From the human T2T-CHM13v2.0 reference genome, Homo sapiens, in assembly GCF_009914755.1 (NCBI RefSeq), contig NC_060939.1: DNA of 64,000 nt; one strand, written 5' to 3'. The first letter of the stretch is position 1. Each line of letters starts with the position of its first letter. The notes under the pieces were generated by a model. It searched no databases and was not told the origin of the DNA. It was given only the letters and a program-made list of their open reading frames with translations. The translations under genes and the position numbers were made by a program. Below are positions 1-23,528 of this stretch, one piece after another.

Positions 1-3098
<3,098 letters not shown>

Positions 3099-3239
3099 GA
3101 GATATAGATCATATAAAAATGGAAAATCCATAGCATGCTTGATGATTAATGAAGCAGACTATAGTATCCAGCATTCCAGGAGGATAAAATAATCACAATG
3201 ATTTCTCTTTTTTGGAAAAATGTTTGTCTTATCCTCCTA

Positions 3240-3638
<399 letters not shown>

Positions 3639-3949
3639 TCAATTTAATAAGCACTTAAAGCTCTTTACTGGTTTAAAACAAATACAAGGCCCATTTTTCT
3701 AGAATCACCTGGCCTCTCTAAGCCTTGCAAATGAAACTGAATTTCTCACTTGATACCTGGCTATGACTTGCAATCATGAAAACCAAGAATTGTGTTATGT
3801 CACTGTGTACTGCTTGTTACCTGAAATCCACACTAGGCTGGGATCAAGGGTTGAATCTTTCATGATTTTCTCCATAACCTGTGTGCTTCTTATCCCAGAC
3901 TGAACTAAGCTTTTTTCTAGAGTTCTACAATTTACACTTAATAGACAAG

Positions 3950-4120
3950 AGTGGTTCTCAAAATGTAGTCTATGGACTAGCAGCACCAGCAGCACCTGAG
4001 ACCTTTTTATAAGTGCAAATTCTCAGGCCCCACCCTGGACCTGGTGAATCAGAACCCTGGAGTAGGGTTCAGCAATCTGTGCTGCAGTAATCCCTCCAAG
4101 TGTTCAAGAACCTCTGGCAT
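3950..4120 (+). mobile_element. MER5A-like (paralog at ~41493-41660)
   Basis: gtggttctcaaaatgtagtc...tgcaaattctcaggccccaccc...gaatcagaa. Confidence 0.7.
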
Positions 4121-4847
4121 ACAGCAGGTAGTAAAATGTGTTTCCTTCTGTAGGTCCAAAGCCAGGGTTTACCATATGTTCTGCCTTGTTATGAAACAAT
4201 GACATGCAATTAAAAGACAAGAATCTCCTTCCTACTCGCACCCTCCATCCAATGTGTTTTATTTGTATGAGTTCCATAAGAAAAACAAGCGGCAATCAGA
4301 GATTTAGTCTAAAAAGTATGTTTACAAGTGTCCGTTCTCATCCAGCCTGATCTCCTACAAAACCGTTTACATCCTCTTACATCTCAAGTTTTAAAAAAGT
4401 ATCTTCACAATGTAAGACTCACGCACACTAGCAGTTCTATAATAAAACACCAAGTAGATCAGAATGTCCAACCTTACTAGAGAAGAAAAGTGGAATCATT
4501 GGCCATATTTTCAAATTGCATTCAACAGGAAATTTAAGTTTTGAATTTTTTTCACCTTTATACTTCCAAAGTAATAGAATTAAACCAGAATACGCCATTC
4601 TTTCAAAGCCTCTAGCCAGGCAAAGTTTTACTGTATTATTTCTTGCTTTCAATGGATATAAAGCAGATTCCTGGTAGGCACATTCTGTATACCTGCAAAG
4701 ATGCAGAACTAAACAGTTCCATCTGTTCAATATTAAACCAAAAGTCCTGTAGACCTCGGATGGTGAGTGTAATACTTCAGCACTAGCCCAAAACCTCAAA
4801 TATGAAAAGATACCAAGAACACCACTAGCAAACAAAACTAAACTCTC

Positions 4848-5122
4848 GGTCAGGAGCAGTAGCTGACACCTGTAATCCCAGCACTTTGGCAAGCCGAGGT
4901 GGGAGGATTACTTGAAATCAGGAGTTCAAGACTAGCCTGGGCAGCATAGAGAATTCATATCTCCACAAAAATTTTTAAACATTAGCTGGGTGTGGTGGCA
5001 CATAGCTGTAGTCCTAGCTACTTGGCAGGCTGAGGTGGGAAAATTGCTTGAGGCGAGGAGTTCAAGGCTGCAGTAGCTATGATTATGGCACTGCACTCCA
5101 GTCTGGGTGACACAGCGAGACT
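4848..5122 (+). mobile_element. AluJ
   Basis: Diverged Alu dimer. Confidence 0.85.
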
Positions 5123-5236
5123 TAGATAATTATATTTTCTCCTGCTCCTGTTTACACTAAAATCACGAAGTTAAAAGGCTTTCAAATTTGGCAGGATAAA
5201 AATTAAGTGATGTGTGACTTTGGAGCTTGGCTAGTG

Positions 5237-5500
5237 AAAGAAAGAAAAAAAAGGAAGGAAGGAGGGAGGGAGGGAACAAAGAAAGAGAAAGAAAGGAAAG
5301 GAAGAAAGAGAGGGAAAGAAAGAAAGAGGAAAGAAAGAAGAAAGAGAAAGAGGGATGGAGAGAAAAGAAAAGAAAGCAAGAATAGAAAGCAAGAAAGAAA
5401 AGGAAAGCAAGGAAGGAAGAAGAAAGAAACAAGGAAAAGAAAAAGAAAGAAAAAGAAAGAAAGGGAGAGGAAAGGAAAAAGAAAAGAAGGAAGAAAAAAT
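5237..5500. repeat. Polypurine GA-rich low-complexity tract
   Basis: About 260 bp almost exclusively A/G. Confidence 0.95.
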
Positions 5501-6423
5501 GAAATGACAAATTACTTACTGGGAGAAAGTTTTGTCACCTCAATGACAGATAAAAGGCTTGTATCCTTAGACTATAAAGAAATCTTTAAAATTACTGAGA
5601 TAAAAAACAAATGATTTTCAACCAAAATGGGCAATGGAGAAACTGGCACTTCTCACAAGAATAAAAATGGCCAATGGCATATACAAAGATTCAAAAGCAC
5701 AAGAAATCGAAGAAATGTCATGAAAACAATGAGATTTTCTGTATAAAGGCAGGAAAGATGACAAATGGAAAGGGGAACCTGGAGCTCTGTCCTTGTTGGT
5801 GGGAGTATAACCGGAGTCACTTTTCCTGGAGAATGATTTGAAAATTTCTATTAAAAACCCTAAAAATTATTTTCCTCCAGAAATTCTACTTCTATGAATT
5901 CAGTCCAAAAATGTTTGCTCGAGCCCATTAAAATGAATGTATAAGAAAATTCACCTCTGGGGTGGCAGTGATTAACTTAATATACATCCAGCTATTAAAA
6001 ATGATGATGCCAGGATATATTTACTGCCACAGAAATATGCCCAAAATATAGTAAGTGACAAAAGACTACATATTGTGATTCTACTTTTTAAAAGGTTTAT
6101 GTGCAGAAAAACATATAAAAAGCAACAAACCAGAATGTTTTGAGTGGCAAATTTAAGATTTTTCTTAATATTTGTCATCTAAATTATTACAAAAAGAATG
6201 ATTTCCTTTATAATGAGGGAGAACTGTTATTTTCATTTTTTAATTTAAATCTCTTTTCTTTTTCTGATTTTTTTCTCCTGTATGTATCCCATGTAGGCTA
6301 GAATCCCTGCCTCTTGAGGTAAATCAGCCCATTTTTGGGAAGTGCGCTACAGAAAGCTGCCCCAGCTTCCTTTTAAGAGACCTGGAGACATTTTTGTTTC
6401 AAATTGTTTTATTGTTCTCAGAT

Positions 6424-11870
<5,447 letters not shown>

Positions 11871-12340
11871 TTGTGCAATAAAGTCAAACAGCACCCAAAG
11901 AAAATGTATACCATTACAGGTTTGTTTAAAAAGCAATTTAAATTACATTGATCCACTAAACTAGAAAAAGCAAAATAAACAAAAAGGGGAAATAATTAAG
12001 ACATAAGGAAAATGTGAGAAAAAAACTCACTAAATTTAAAAAATAAAACTAAAGGAGGATTCTTTCAAAAGCCTAAGATAATGAAACAGTCACGCCTCTG
12101 ATAAGTGATCAAGATAAAGAAACCTTTGAAGAGAAAAGGGCATATAGCCACATGTGAATATGATGCAAAAAGTGAAAACTTTACACATCTTTACAACACC
12201 TTACAAGTATGGGAGAAGTGTTCATTTCTTTTAAGAATCTACAGTTACGAAAACTAACTGAAGAAATGGAAAATCTGTAGACCAATACGCAGAAGAAGGA
12301 AAAAGACAGACTCATCCTCCAAATTGGACATTTATTTAAA

Positions 12341-12557
12341 CCAGGGTTTGTCAGCCTCAGCAATATTGATATCTTGGGCCAGACAATTCTTTGTGAGGGT
12401 TCTCCTGGTGTGTTGTGGGACATTTAGTAACATCCCCTCTACCCACGGAATGCCAATAAGACCTCCCGACCGTGACCAGTTGTGACCACAAAAATGTCTC
12501 CAGATATTTCCAAATGTCCCATGGGAGGCAAAATATTCCTGCAGTTGAAAACTACTG
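12341..12557 (-). mobile_element. MER20-like DNA transposon (hAT-Charlie)
   Basis: Reverse complement cagtagttttcaac...ggacatttggaaatatctggagacattttt. Confidence 0.75.
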
Positions 12558-13544
12558 TGTAAACTAGATCTACATCCTAGGTCTTAGGAAAAAGATGTAA
12601 AGCTTCCCAAGTTAGCCCTGCACACCGTTGATACTGAAATGAAATACGAAACTGAAAGGAAACAAACAAAACTATAATCTTATTTAATACAGAAATAAAA
12701 ATGCAAAAATAAAATATTACCATAGCCATTCTAACAGTGTTTATTATAGGAATGCAAGGATGATTCGAAATTAGGAAAATTTCATCAGGTAATTCACAAA
12801 TTATATTTCTCCATAGAATTGTAGGCACAATCATGAAAAACAAGGTAGCTCTATATGCATTAAGTCCACGTGATATTCAGTGAAAAACACAAGTTGCAGA
12901 TGTCTTACAGAAAAAAACTGAACACTGAACACATATTTCCACCATCTGCTCTTTGTCCTGAGGCTCCACTAGAAATACAGTGAAGAATAAACAATATATA
13001 AACACACAATTACAAAAAAAAGAAATGGGGTTACCCACAGAAGAGAATTCACCTCCATTAGAAAATGACAGTAAATGGAAAATGGTTAATTAATGGAGCA
13101 AAGCAAAGCAAAGTGGAGGTCAGGGGGACACCGATAACAAGGAAGCTAATTTGTCCCACAGCAACCTGGAAAGGTTCTAGACTCAGACACCAGGTACCCC
13201 CGAGAGTGGGACTGACAGGCAAGACTGAAAACAGAGATTAACCAAAAGCCTATATAGAGAACACATTTTCCAGGCCCTGAAACACACTGCTCTCCCCCAT
13301 CTCCTTAAGCAGAACCCAAGCAAACATACCTACCTCAGACAAGAGAATGTAGATTTCACCTCCAGAGAAATGGAGTAGTTCCAGCCATCATTTATGATTG
13401 CACTGGGAGATAAGATAGGGGGGTAGAGGATGACAATTAGGAATCAGCATACATTCCCCCTAAAAGCTATCAGTTGGCAAGTCTTGGCCATGAAGAACTC
13501 CCAATTTTTTATTTCTATTTTTATTTATTTTTTTATATATTTAT

Positions 13545-13858
13545 TTATTTATTTATGTTTTTGAGACAGGGTCTTGCTCTTTCACCCAGGCTGGAATGCA
13601 GGAATGCAGCAGGATGATCACAGCCCACTTCAGCCTCAACATCCCAGGCTCAAGTGATCCTCCTGCCTCAGCCTGCCAAGTGCTGGGACTACGGGTTGGT
13701 GTCACCAGACCTGGCTATTTTTTAAATTTATTTTTTGTGAAGGTGGGGTCTCACTATGTTGCCCCAACTAGTCTTAAGCTCCTGGGCTCAAGTGATCCTC
13801 CCACGTCAGTCTCCCAAAGCACTGAAATTGTAGGTATGAGCCACCACGTCCAGCCTCC
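13545..13858 (-). mobile_element. AluJ
   Basis: Antisense diverged Alu. Confidence 0.85.
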
Positions 13859-13920
13859 CAGTCTTTTAGTACCTCTCTCAAATATGAATGAACAAAAAAG
13901 GGAATTAAAAAGAACATACA

Positions 13921-14219
13921 GGCTGGGCACGGTGGCTCATGCCTTTAATCCCAGCACTTTAGAAGGCCAAGGTGGGTGGATCACCTGAGGTCAGGAATTC
14001 AAAACCAGCCTGACTAACATGGAGAAACCCTGTCTCTACTAAAAATACAAAAATTAGCCGGGCATGGTGGCACATGCCTGTAAACCCAGCTACTCAGGAG
14101 GCTGAGGCAGGAGGATCACTTGAACCCAGGAGGTTGTGGTGAGCCGAGATCACACCACTGCACTCCATCCTGGGTAACAAGTGCAAAACTCCGTCTCAAA
14201 AAAAAAAAAAAAAAAAAAA
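13921..14219 (+). mobile_element. AluS
   Basis: Alu dimer with poly(A). Confidence 0.95.
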
Positions 14220-14469
14220 GACTACAAATGATAAGCAACATAGAATAGATATTTAAGGAAAGGTTTTAAAAAGAAAAATAAGACCAAAATAAACTAAGAA
14301 AAAAATTTATTAAAGAACAAAGAGATGCTAGGGAGAAGACAAAAGAGTATCCAAATCACTTCATAAAGACACTTGTGAATATATTACATGAATAAAACAA
14401 AAATAGAATATGAATAAGGAATAATCAGAGAAGAAAAAGTTCTTAGAACTCAGGGTTCATCTTGGGAGT

Positions 14470-14975
14470 TGGTCCCCAGTGAGCCACACCTCCCAGCATC
14501 ATGTCCTTGGACAGTCCCATCCCACAGTGAATCTGGGTTGGCCCCAAGATTCACTTTAACCTACAGAATTAGGTAGAAATGACACTGGACCTGTTCCAGG
14601 TCTAAGCCTTAAGAACACCTGGCAGCTCCACATCTGCGCTTCTAGTAGCCAAAATAAGTACTGACTAATCTCTCGGGGAAAGAGAAGCCATATGATGAGG
14701 CCAGAGAGGAAGGCCACATGAAGAAACACCAAAGCAGGTGACCTGTGGGTGAAGAAGCCGTCTCAGACATTCCACTGCAGCTGAGCATCCAGATGACCAG
14801 TGCCTGACACCATCTAACCGCACAGTGAGAGATGCCAAACGAGACCAGCAGAAAAACTGTCCAGCTATCCTCAGTTAACCCATACAGTAGTGACAGGTAG
14901 ACAAATGTATAGTTTTATGCCATTAAGTTTTGGGAAAATTGGTTAAGCAACAATAAATAACCAAAACAAAACTTA
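14470..14975 (+). mobile_element. MLT1 (MaLR) LTR
   Basis: Typical 3' end gccattaagttttggg...gcaacaataaataacc. Confidence 0.6.
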
Positions 14976-17900
14976 ACGTTGATTGTCCAAATAAAATTTC
15001 CTAAAAGTCAAAATATAAGAAAAATATTCCAGAACTTAAAATTTTTTTAAAAATTAGAAATAATGTGACATACAAGTCTCAAGACAAGAGGACTAAAATC
15101 CAATTAACAGACACTTCAGAATGAACAAATAAAGTGGAAAAGAGAAAGTTAACAAAAATATGACAAGATTCAAGATTCCAACTTTGAAAGAGCCGATCCA
15201 TAGGCCTATCCATTCGGTATACCCAGCACAGTGAATGAAAAAAGACACACACTAAGTACAATGTTGTGCTATTTCAGCTCACCAAGGAAAAGACAAACTC
15301 CTAAAAGCTTCCAGAGAGAAAGTCATGCATGAATGAGTGAAACTCAGGATGGCATGAGGCTTCACCACCATGACTGGTTAGAAGACAACAGCACAGACTT
15401 TGAAATTCTAAGGTAAAATTATCCTCAACCTAGAAATACATAATCAACCAAACTATCAATCAAGTGTGAGGGTAGACTATGACAAAAGTGAATAGTGATG
15501 GGGATGGGCTAAGCACCAGGCACTGTTCTAAATGGTTTACATGTACCAACTCATTTAATCCTCATAGCTCCCTAGAAACATAGGTACTAATACTATTACC
15601 GGTTCCCCCATTTTGCAAATGGAAATTGATGCATAGAGCAATTATGGAATCTGCCCAAGGGCATACAGCTAATAAGTAGTAGAACCAAGATTCAAATCTA
15701 TCTCAGACTGGCTCCAAAACCCAAACACTGGATTGTATTTTTTCAGAAGCCAGAGATCAGAAAATATACCACTCCATGCTTTCTCAGGGTTTTACTTGAG
15801 GACATAGTCAGGTAAAATGACAAAGGGAAAAACCAAGAAAGATGACATGGGATCCAGGAAACAATGGATGTACTCTAGGCGAGCAGATGAGAAAAACCTC
15901 AAGATGACATGTGCACAGCCAACCCGAAGAACAACCTGCCAAAATGGGCACAGAGGAGCCAAAGGCTTTGGAAGAGAAGGAGATCTCACAGAAAGGGCTA
16001 CAACAGAATTTTTTAAATTAAAAATTACTATTATGAGGAAGACACTGCAAAACAAAAAGTTTGAGGGATGGGAGGAAGAAACTGAGATCACAGGGAAAAT
16101 TGTAAGAGACATTCAGAAGGACAGGTCTTAGAAATTTACTAGTTTGGGGGGGCGGTCAGAGAACAGTTGTATATAAAAGAATATTAAGACAGTTCCCAGG
16201 TTTAGGCATATGTGACTAGATAGAGTGCTAGGAGATGGATACGTGAAAATTTAAATACCATCATTTTGAACACCCATGTCACTCCAAGCGAGATTCCCTA
16301 ACATATATGATATGCAGACAGATATATGGGTTTGAAACTCCGGAGAGGAATACAAATTTAGGAGTCCCTGGAACACAGGTCATGACTTAAGTAATGGGAG
16401 TCAAAGATTACTCAGAGAAAGCACAGAATGAGAAGAGAAGAAAGAAGTAGGACAAGGAAGAAGAGATCGGAGGAGACCAAGGCAGGGTGATAAGATCAAA
16501 ACAGGAGAAAAGAATCCGATAGAAGTCTCATTCGATTATCATGTCCCTTCCCAGAGGACAGAGACATGCCTTTTTTGTCTTTTATACCCAATTATCACAG
16601 GTCCTGGTGCAGCAGACACACAGTTTTTTTTTTAATTGTGTTGTACTATTCACAGTTTCCTTTATCCACCAGGGGAGAAAAAAGTAAGTATAAAGAAGCA
16701 CAGACACAGATGTTTTTACACTGTGTACTAAAGGGGTCAGATTATACACAATATTTTATGCCTTACTTTTTTACCTAATATATCTTAGAAGTTTGCACAT
16801 GCTCTTATGGAAAGACTGGCTGCATTTTTTGGTCCACAACAGAACAACAGAATATTCTATTATAAAATTGTACACTATAATTTTTATTTAACCAACTCTT
16901 TATTGGTGGACATTAAGAATGGAGGAATGTTTCAACAAAGGAACAATCAACAGTATCAAAATACTGCAGAGGGGTCAATTTGGGGACTAAGAGGGGAGCC
17001 ACTGGATTTGACAACTAGGAGATAAATTTTAGTGCAACGATGAAGGCAGAATCCAGATTATAATGAGCTCAGTGAAAAAAGGTGAAGACATGTAGCTTAT
17101 TCTCTCAAGAAACTAGGCTATGATAAACTGGCAGAGGCTCTAAGAGTGGGAGGTGAGTTGTTTTCTCCTTCATGTAAATATATTTACTTTTTTAAACACT
17201 AGGCCCAGTTTTATATCCTACTTCATTTAACTTTATGAACATACTTATGTATGTATGCATGTATGTATGTCATGTAATGTTTTAGACACTGAAAAATAAC
17301 TCATTTCTGCTATTATAAAACTGGTATCTTTAGATGTTCAGAAGCAACTTCCTAAAAGGAGGTAGCAGTAATGGAGCTATGTCTATCAGTCTTTCCCATC
17401 AACCCCCTTGCTGGAGATGTAAACATGTGTCCATCAAGCCTTTAATTTTTACCTCTTATCTTCATGGCTCTCCACACAAAACTTAACTCTTTTTTTTTCT
17501 ATTTGTATATGTATATTTACATGTATATGTATATTTATATGTATATGTATATCGAGAGAGAGAGAGAGAGAGAAAGAGTCTTGCTATGTTTCCCAGACTG
17601 ATCTCAAACTCCTGGGCTCAAGCAATCCTCCCACCTTGGCCTCGCAAAGTGCTGGGATTACAGGCATGAACCACTGTGCCCAGCTGCAGCCTGAACTCTT
17701 AAAATATCTTCAAACCAATATTCTTCTGTTCTAATTTTTAAGAATAGATGTGTTTAAACCAACTGTAACTTATTTTGACAAAAATTGGAGTTAAGACTCA
17801 GACTTCCTCAAATAGTTCTCCTAAAACCATTTACAGAATAATCTCTCTTTTCAGTATTAAGTTAAAATACCACCTCTTCCTTACACTAAATTCTCATTTG

Positions 17901-18090
17901 CATGACTCTGGTTCTAAACTTCCATTGACTTTATCTGTCTGGCCCAGGGCTAGTCCACAATATTTTATTTAATATCTGGTTGAAAGAGTCTATACTTTAT
18001 TAATTTTTATTATTTATTCTTCTAAACTAACTTTAGAGTCGTTTTTGTCAAGTGTCAAAAATAAATCTGCTGGAATTTGTGCTGAAATTT

Positions 18091-18215
18091 GTGTATATAT
18101 ATATACACACTATATATGATATAAAATGTATATATACAATTTATATATATATATAATATGAAATGTATATATACAATTTATATATAAATATATATATAAT
18201 ATGAAATGTATATAC

Positions 18216-18259
<44 letters not shown>
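18091..18259. repeat. (TA)n/(CA)n compound microsatellite
   Basis: Direct reading. Confidence 0.95.
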
Positions 18260-18261
<2 letters not shown>

Positions 18262-18270
18262 TTTTTCTGC

Positions 18271-18503
18271 TTTTTTTTTTTTTTTTTTTTTGAGACAGGG
18301 TCTCACTCTGTCACCTAGGCTGGAGTTCACAGGCATGATCTCGGCTCACTGCAACCTCTGCCTCCCAGGCTCAAGTGATCCTCCCACCTCAGCCTCATAA
18401 GTAGTTGGAACTACAAGTGTGTGCCACAGACACCCAGCTAATTGTCATCTACCTGCCTCAGCTTTCCAAACTTTTGGGATTACAGGTATGAGCCACTGTG
18501 CCC
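18271..18503 (-). mobile_element. Alu with internal deletion
   Basis: poly(T), right arm and a short part of the left arm. Confidence 0.85.
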
Positions 18504-18933
18504 AGCAGAAATTACATTTACAAATTAATATGAAGACATGGTGATAACTAACATATTTATAACATGAAATCTGCTCATCCAGGAACATAGAATGCAAATC
18601 TTTCATTCCACTCAGCAAAATTTTGTCCTGTCCTTGATAAAAGTCCTGCACATCTAAGTTTATTCCTAGGTATTTAATTTTTGCTGAAATACCTGAAAAA
18701 ATACTTCATCACTATATCTTCTATGTGATTATAAATAACATTTAGGAAGGCTATTGATTTTTATATAAAAGAGCTTTTAACCAGTAATCTTAAAAATTGT
18801 TTTTTTCAGTTGGTTCCTTTGGATATTTTTAGGTAAACAATCATGTCAACTGAAAATAATGATTGTTATTTTTCTATATAGACTACGACATCATGGGAAA
18901 ATACAGTAAATACTTTTTAAAAGAATATAAAAG

Positions 18934-19232
<299 letters not shown>

Positions 19233-20329
19233 AGAATATAAAACTATAGAGAATACGACCTCAACTATTTAAACATATGTATAAGGGTTATGTATTTTAC
19301 TAGCAAAGAAAAAATATATACTGGTAGAAAATGGCCATCATGTCAACTGTCAATAGTGGTTATATTAGGTAGAGAATTTATGGGAGACTAATTTTTTTCT
19401 TTTTGCTTTTCTGTACTTTACTAATTTTCTCAACAATGGTTGCTTGTGAGTTCTATAATAAAAAAAGTTTTAAAAATTTTTCCAACATGGAAAGTTATAT
19501 TTCTTTATAAACTAAGAACAAAAACAAAACTTCCTATTTGAATACCTTTGACTTTTACTGCAGACTTACAGACCCTTGAAAGAAAAGGCAATTCCCTCCC
19601 AGTAGTTTTGGTGTCATTCTCCCCATCTCTCCCTTCACTTCCACCTTGGTCTTCTTTCTACTTCCCACCTTGGCTAGTGGTCTCCACCCAAAATGCTTGC
19701 TTGGCTTAATGGTTAGAATTCAGGGAAAAAGAGATCCCAAATTGCTAATCTAAACTAAGGTTATACATGTGGGAAATAATAAAGAGAAACCAGGTAGTAA
19801 ATAAGATTTGGAGGACTTAAAATACCCAGACTTTAATTCCTCTAAGTTTATAGTTATTAATCATGTTTTTTATATTATCTCTTAACATTTAACTTCTAAA
19901 TATAATGTTTATAAGGAAAAGAGAAAACAGCTTGGCTTCTTTCCTCACCGAATTGTTGTTCTTAGCATCTTCTAGACATTCCAAAACTGATGTCAGATTT
20001 GGCTCATCAGAGTCCACAAACCATATCGGTGAAGAAGATGAATAGGATTCCTGTTTAACCCAGAGACACCTATGTTAAATGTTTACATACAGACTAACCC
20101 AAATATGCAATTAAACCACACCACTAAATGGCAAGATGACCATGGATTTAAACAAAATGTATGGGGGAAAAGGCAACACGTTTAAACCCATGTGAGGAGC
20201 TGGACTTCTGAGACAGCCATTCTCCTTGCATAGCACTGTCTGCTGCTACAGCTCATAGAAGTCAACAACTTTCTTCAACACTGGTAGGCAGCCTCTAAAC
20301 GGCCCTGATCACCCTCACCTCCTGCCATT

Positions 20330-20816
20330 CACACCCTTGTAAAATTCCACCCCTGGACCTAGTGACTCACTTCTAACAAAGAGAATACAGCAAAAGTAAC
20401 ATCGCTTCTGAGGTGAGGCTACAAGGAGGCTACGATGCCTGCCTTGGTCACCCTTCTCCTGCTCTTTCCATTGCTCCCTCTGATGGAAGCCAGTTGCCAT
20501 GTGATGAGGTGCCCTATGGAGAGGCCCACGTGACAAGGTATTGTAAAAGGCCTCTGACCAATAGCCATCTAGAAACGGAGGCCCAGTCCAGCAGCCTCTG
20601 AGATGAATCCTGCCAACCTGAGCTTGGAGACAGATTCTCTCCCTATCCTGCCTTGGGATGATCACAGCCACCACCAACACCTTCACTGCCTGGTGAGAGG
20701 CCAAGCCAGTGAACCCAAGGTAAACTGGACAGAATCCTGACCCACAGAAACTGTGAGATAATGTTTGTTGTTTTAAGCTGCTCAATTTGTTACAGAGCAA
20801 TAGATAACTAATTCAA
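20330..20816 (+). mobile_element. MLT1 (MaLR) LTR
   Basis: cccacagaaactgtgagataat...ttttaagctgct...gcaatagataacta. Confidence 0.7.
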
Positions 20817-21115
20817 ACACCATAAAATTCGTACATTTTATTCTATCACACAAACCAAGTAATACGAATAAATGCATTATACATATATTTTTGGGACACA
20901 ATTACATGTGATTTTTTAAAAAGCTAATGAACTAAGCATTATGCACTTTCACCCACTAATAGACATTTACTCTGTTGCATTGTACTGTCTTCTATTAGAA
21001 ATTGGCGAAAAGCAATTGTTATTATATATTAGCTTCAGAAGAACTAGGTTCAAGTCAAGGAAAACCAAGAAAACCAGAAAACCATGAAAACCACGGAAAA
21101 CCAGAAAAACAAGTT

Positions 21116-21430
21116 GGCCGGGTGCGGTGGCTCACGCCTGCAATCTGGGCACTTTGGGAGACTAAGGTGGGTGGATCACGAGGCAGGAGATTGAGACATC
21201 CTGGCTAACATGGTGAAACCCTGTCTCTACCAAAATAAAAACAACTAGCCAGGCATGGTGGCTCATGCCTATAGTCCCAGCCACTCAAGAGGCTGAGGCA
21301 GCGGAATCGCTTGAACCCGGGAGGCAGAGGTTTCAGTGAGCTGAGATGCGCCACTGCACTCCAGCCTGGTGACAGAGCAAGACTCCATCTCAAAAAAAAA
21401 AAAAATAAGTAAATAAAATAAAAAGGAAAA
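21116..21430 (+). mobile_element. AluSc-like
   Basis: Alu dimer flanked by agaaaaacaagtt TSD. Confidence 0.95.
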
Positions 21431-21581
21431 GAAAAACAAGTTGTATTGAAGGAGGACATCATTAACAGTCTATCTCTTCAATAATGATTTATTTCACTAT
21501 TCTCATTCTTCTCATTCCTCTCTTACAGTGTCCCAAATCTTTTTACAGGCTAAAAGAAACTCTTCAGAATGAATCCTATTC

Positions 21582-21881
21582 TTTTTGTTTCGTTTTGTTT
21601 TTGAGACAGAGTCTCGCTCTGTCACCCAGGCTGGATGCAGTGGCACGATCTCAGATCACGGCAAGCTCCACCTCCTGGGTTCATGCCATTCTCCTGCATT
21701 AGCCTCCAGAGTAGCTGGGACTATAGGCACCTGCCACCACGTCCGGCTTATTTTTTGTTTTTTAGTAGAGACGGGGTTTCACTGTGTTAGCCAGGGTGGT
21801 CTCGATCTCCTGATCTCCTGATCCACCTGCCTCAGCCTCCCAAAGTGCTGGGATTACAGGTGTGAGCCACCGTGCCTGGCC
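21582..21881 (-). mobile_element. AluY/Sc
   Basis: Antisense Alu dimer. Confidence 0.95.
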
Positions 21882-22435
21882 CAATGCTATTCTTAAAGAA
21901 TACCACTTACTGACTATTGCATTTTCTTCTTCAAATTCTTCAGCATACATTGGGAATACACCATATGGACCATTTTTAAATTTTTAGTTTGGGTTTTTTT
22001 TTTGGCTAAAGAAAATGCAACTAGATTTACGACCTCATTCTATTAGGTTAGTATTTGTCTAGTAAACTTCAGCATAAGCAAAGTAGAATACATGTTGCTG
22101 CTCTGGACTGAAACCCCTCAAAACCATATTTTAAAAACTACAAAAACATTAACTGAAATCAAGTTTTTAAAAATCTTGTAGATGAAAAGATATGATATAT
22201 AGTAGGTTTAAGTACCTATTTCAGTGGTTCCCAAAGTGCAGCCCTCAGACCCCCAGGTCCAAACTGTTTTGACAGGAATACTAACATGGTGACATTTGCT
22301 GTAAGGGTGCAGATGCAATGGTGGGTAAAAATGCTGGTACTTTAGCATAAATAAAGGCAGTAACACCAAACTACTAGTAGTCATGGTATGACTACTGTGC
22401 ACGGGAAAGGTTTAAAGGTGTAAAAAGGAAGGGAG

Positions 22436-22728
<293 letters not shown>

Positions 22729-23306
22729 AATGTCTATGATGAAGCAGTGAAAAATTTACATCTTAATCCTTGAATATATCTTTTTAATATTTCAAGTGAT
22801 GAAATGGGAAGTATACATGAGCACACCTACAGACTGTCAGAGAAAAAACCCTCATGAGACTAAGTCATGAAGTGAATTAACCACTTTAATGGAATATCAT
22901 TTTTATTCCAAAAGATGGCTGACAAAAAATGTTATTTCAGCTTGGGTTTTGGGAGACATTTTCTCAAAAAAGGAGATTCTGTTATTTCAAGGAAAACAAC
23001 AGACAGGCCATAATAAATTTCAACAATAAAATTGCTAATACTAAAACTCAAGCTTTTGAACAAAAAATTAGAATTTTAGAAAACTTATATCCACCATCGC
23101 TTTCCAAAAGTATTCTGATGAGACTGATGGTGATATTGATGAGTGTATTTTGATATTGTACAATCAAATGTATCAACATATAGAAGATCTCAGTGAACCA
23201 TTATTTTTGAACTGAACTGAACAATGCATGATGTTATAATACCATGCAAGGGTAAAAGATCCAAAGTTCAAGAAAAATCAATTTTTGATGGAGTATCAAA
23301 AAAGAA

Positions 23307-23528
23307 GCCAAGGCAACATGGCAAAACTCTGTCTCTACAAAAAATACAAACAATTAGCTAGGTGGGGTAGTACACATCTGTAGTCCCAGCTACTCTGGAG
23401 GCTGAGGTGGGAGGATCACCTGAGTCCCCAGACACTGAGGCTCCAGTGAGCCGTGATCATACTACTGCATTCCAGCCTGGGAGACAGAGAAAGACCCAAT
23501 CTCAAAAAAAAAAAAAAAAAAAAAAAAG
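23307..23528 (+). mobile_element. 5'-truncated AluJ
   Basis: Partial Alu with poly(A). Confidence 0.85.

Noticed and set aside
5163-5614. Lys/Arg/Glu-rich and Phe/Ser-rich ORFs
   Set aside because: Translations of the GA low-complexity tract
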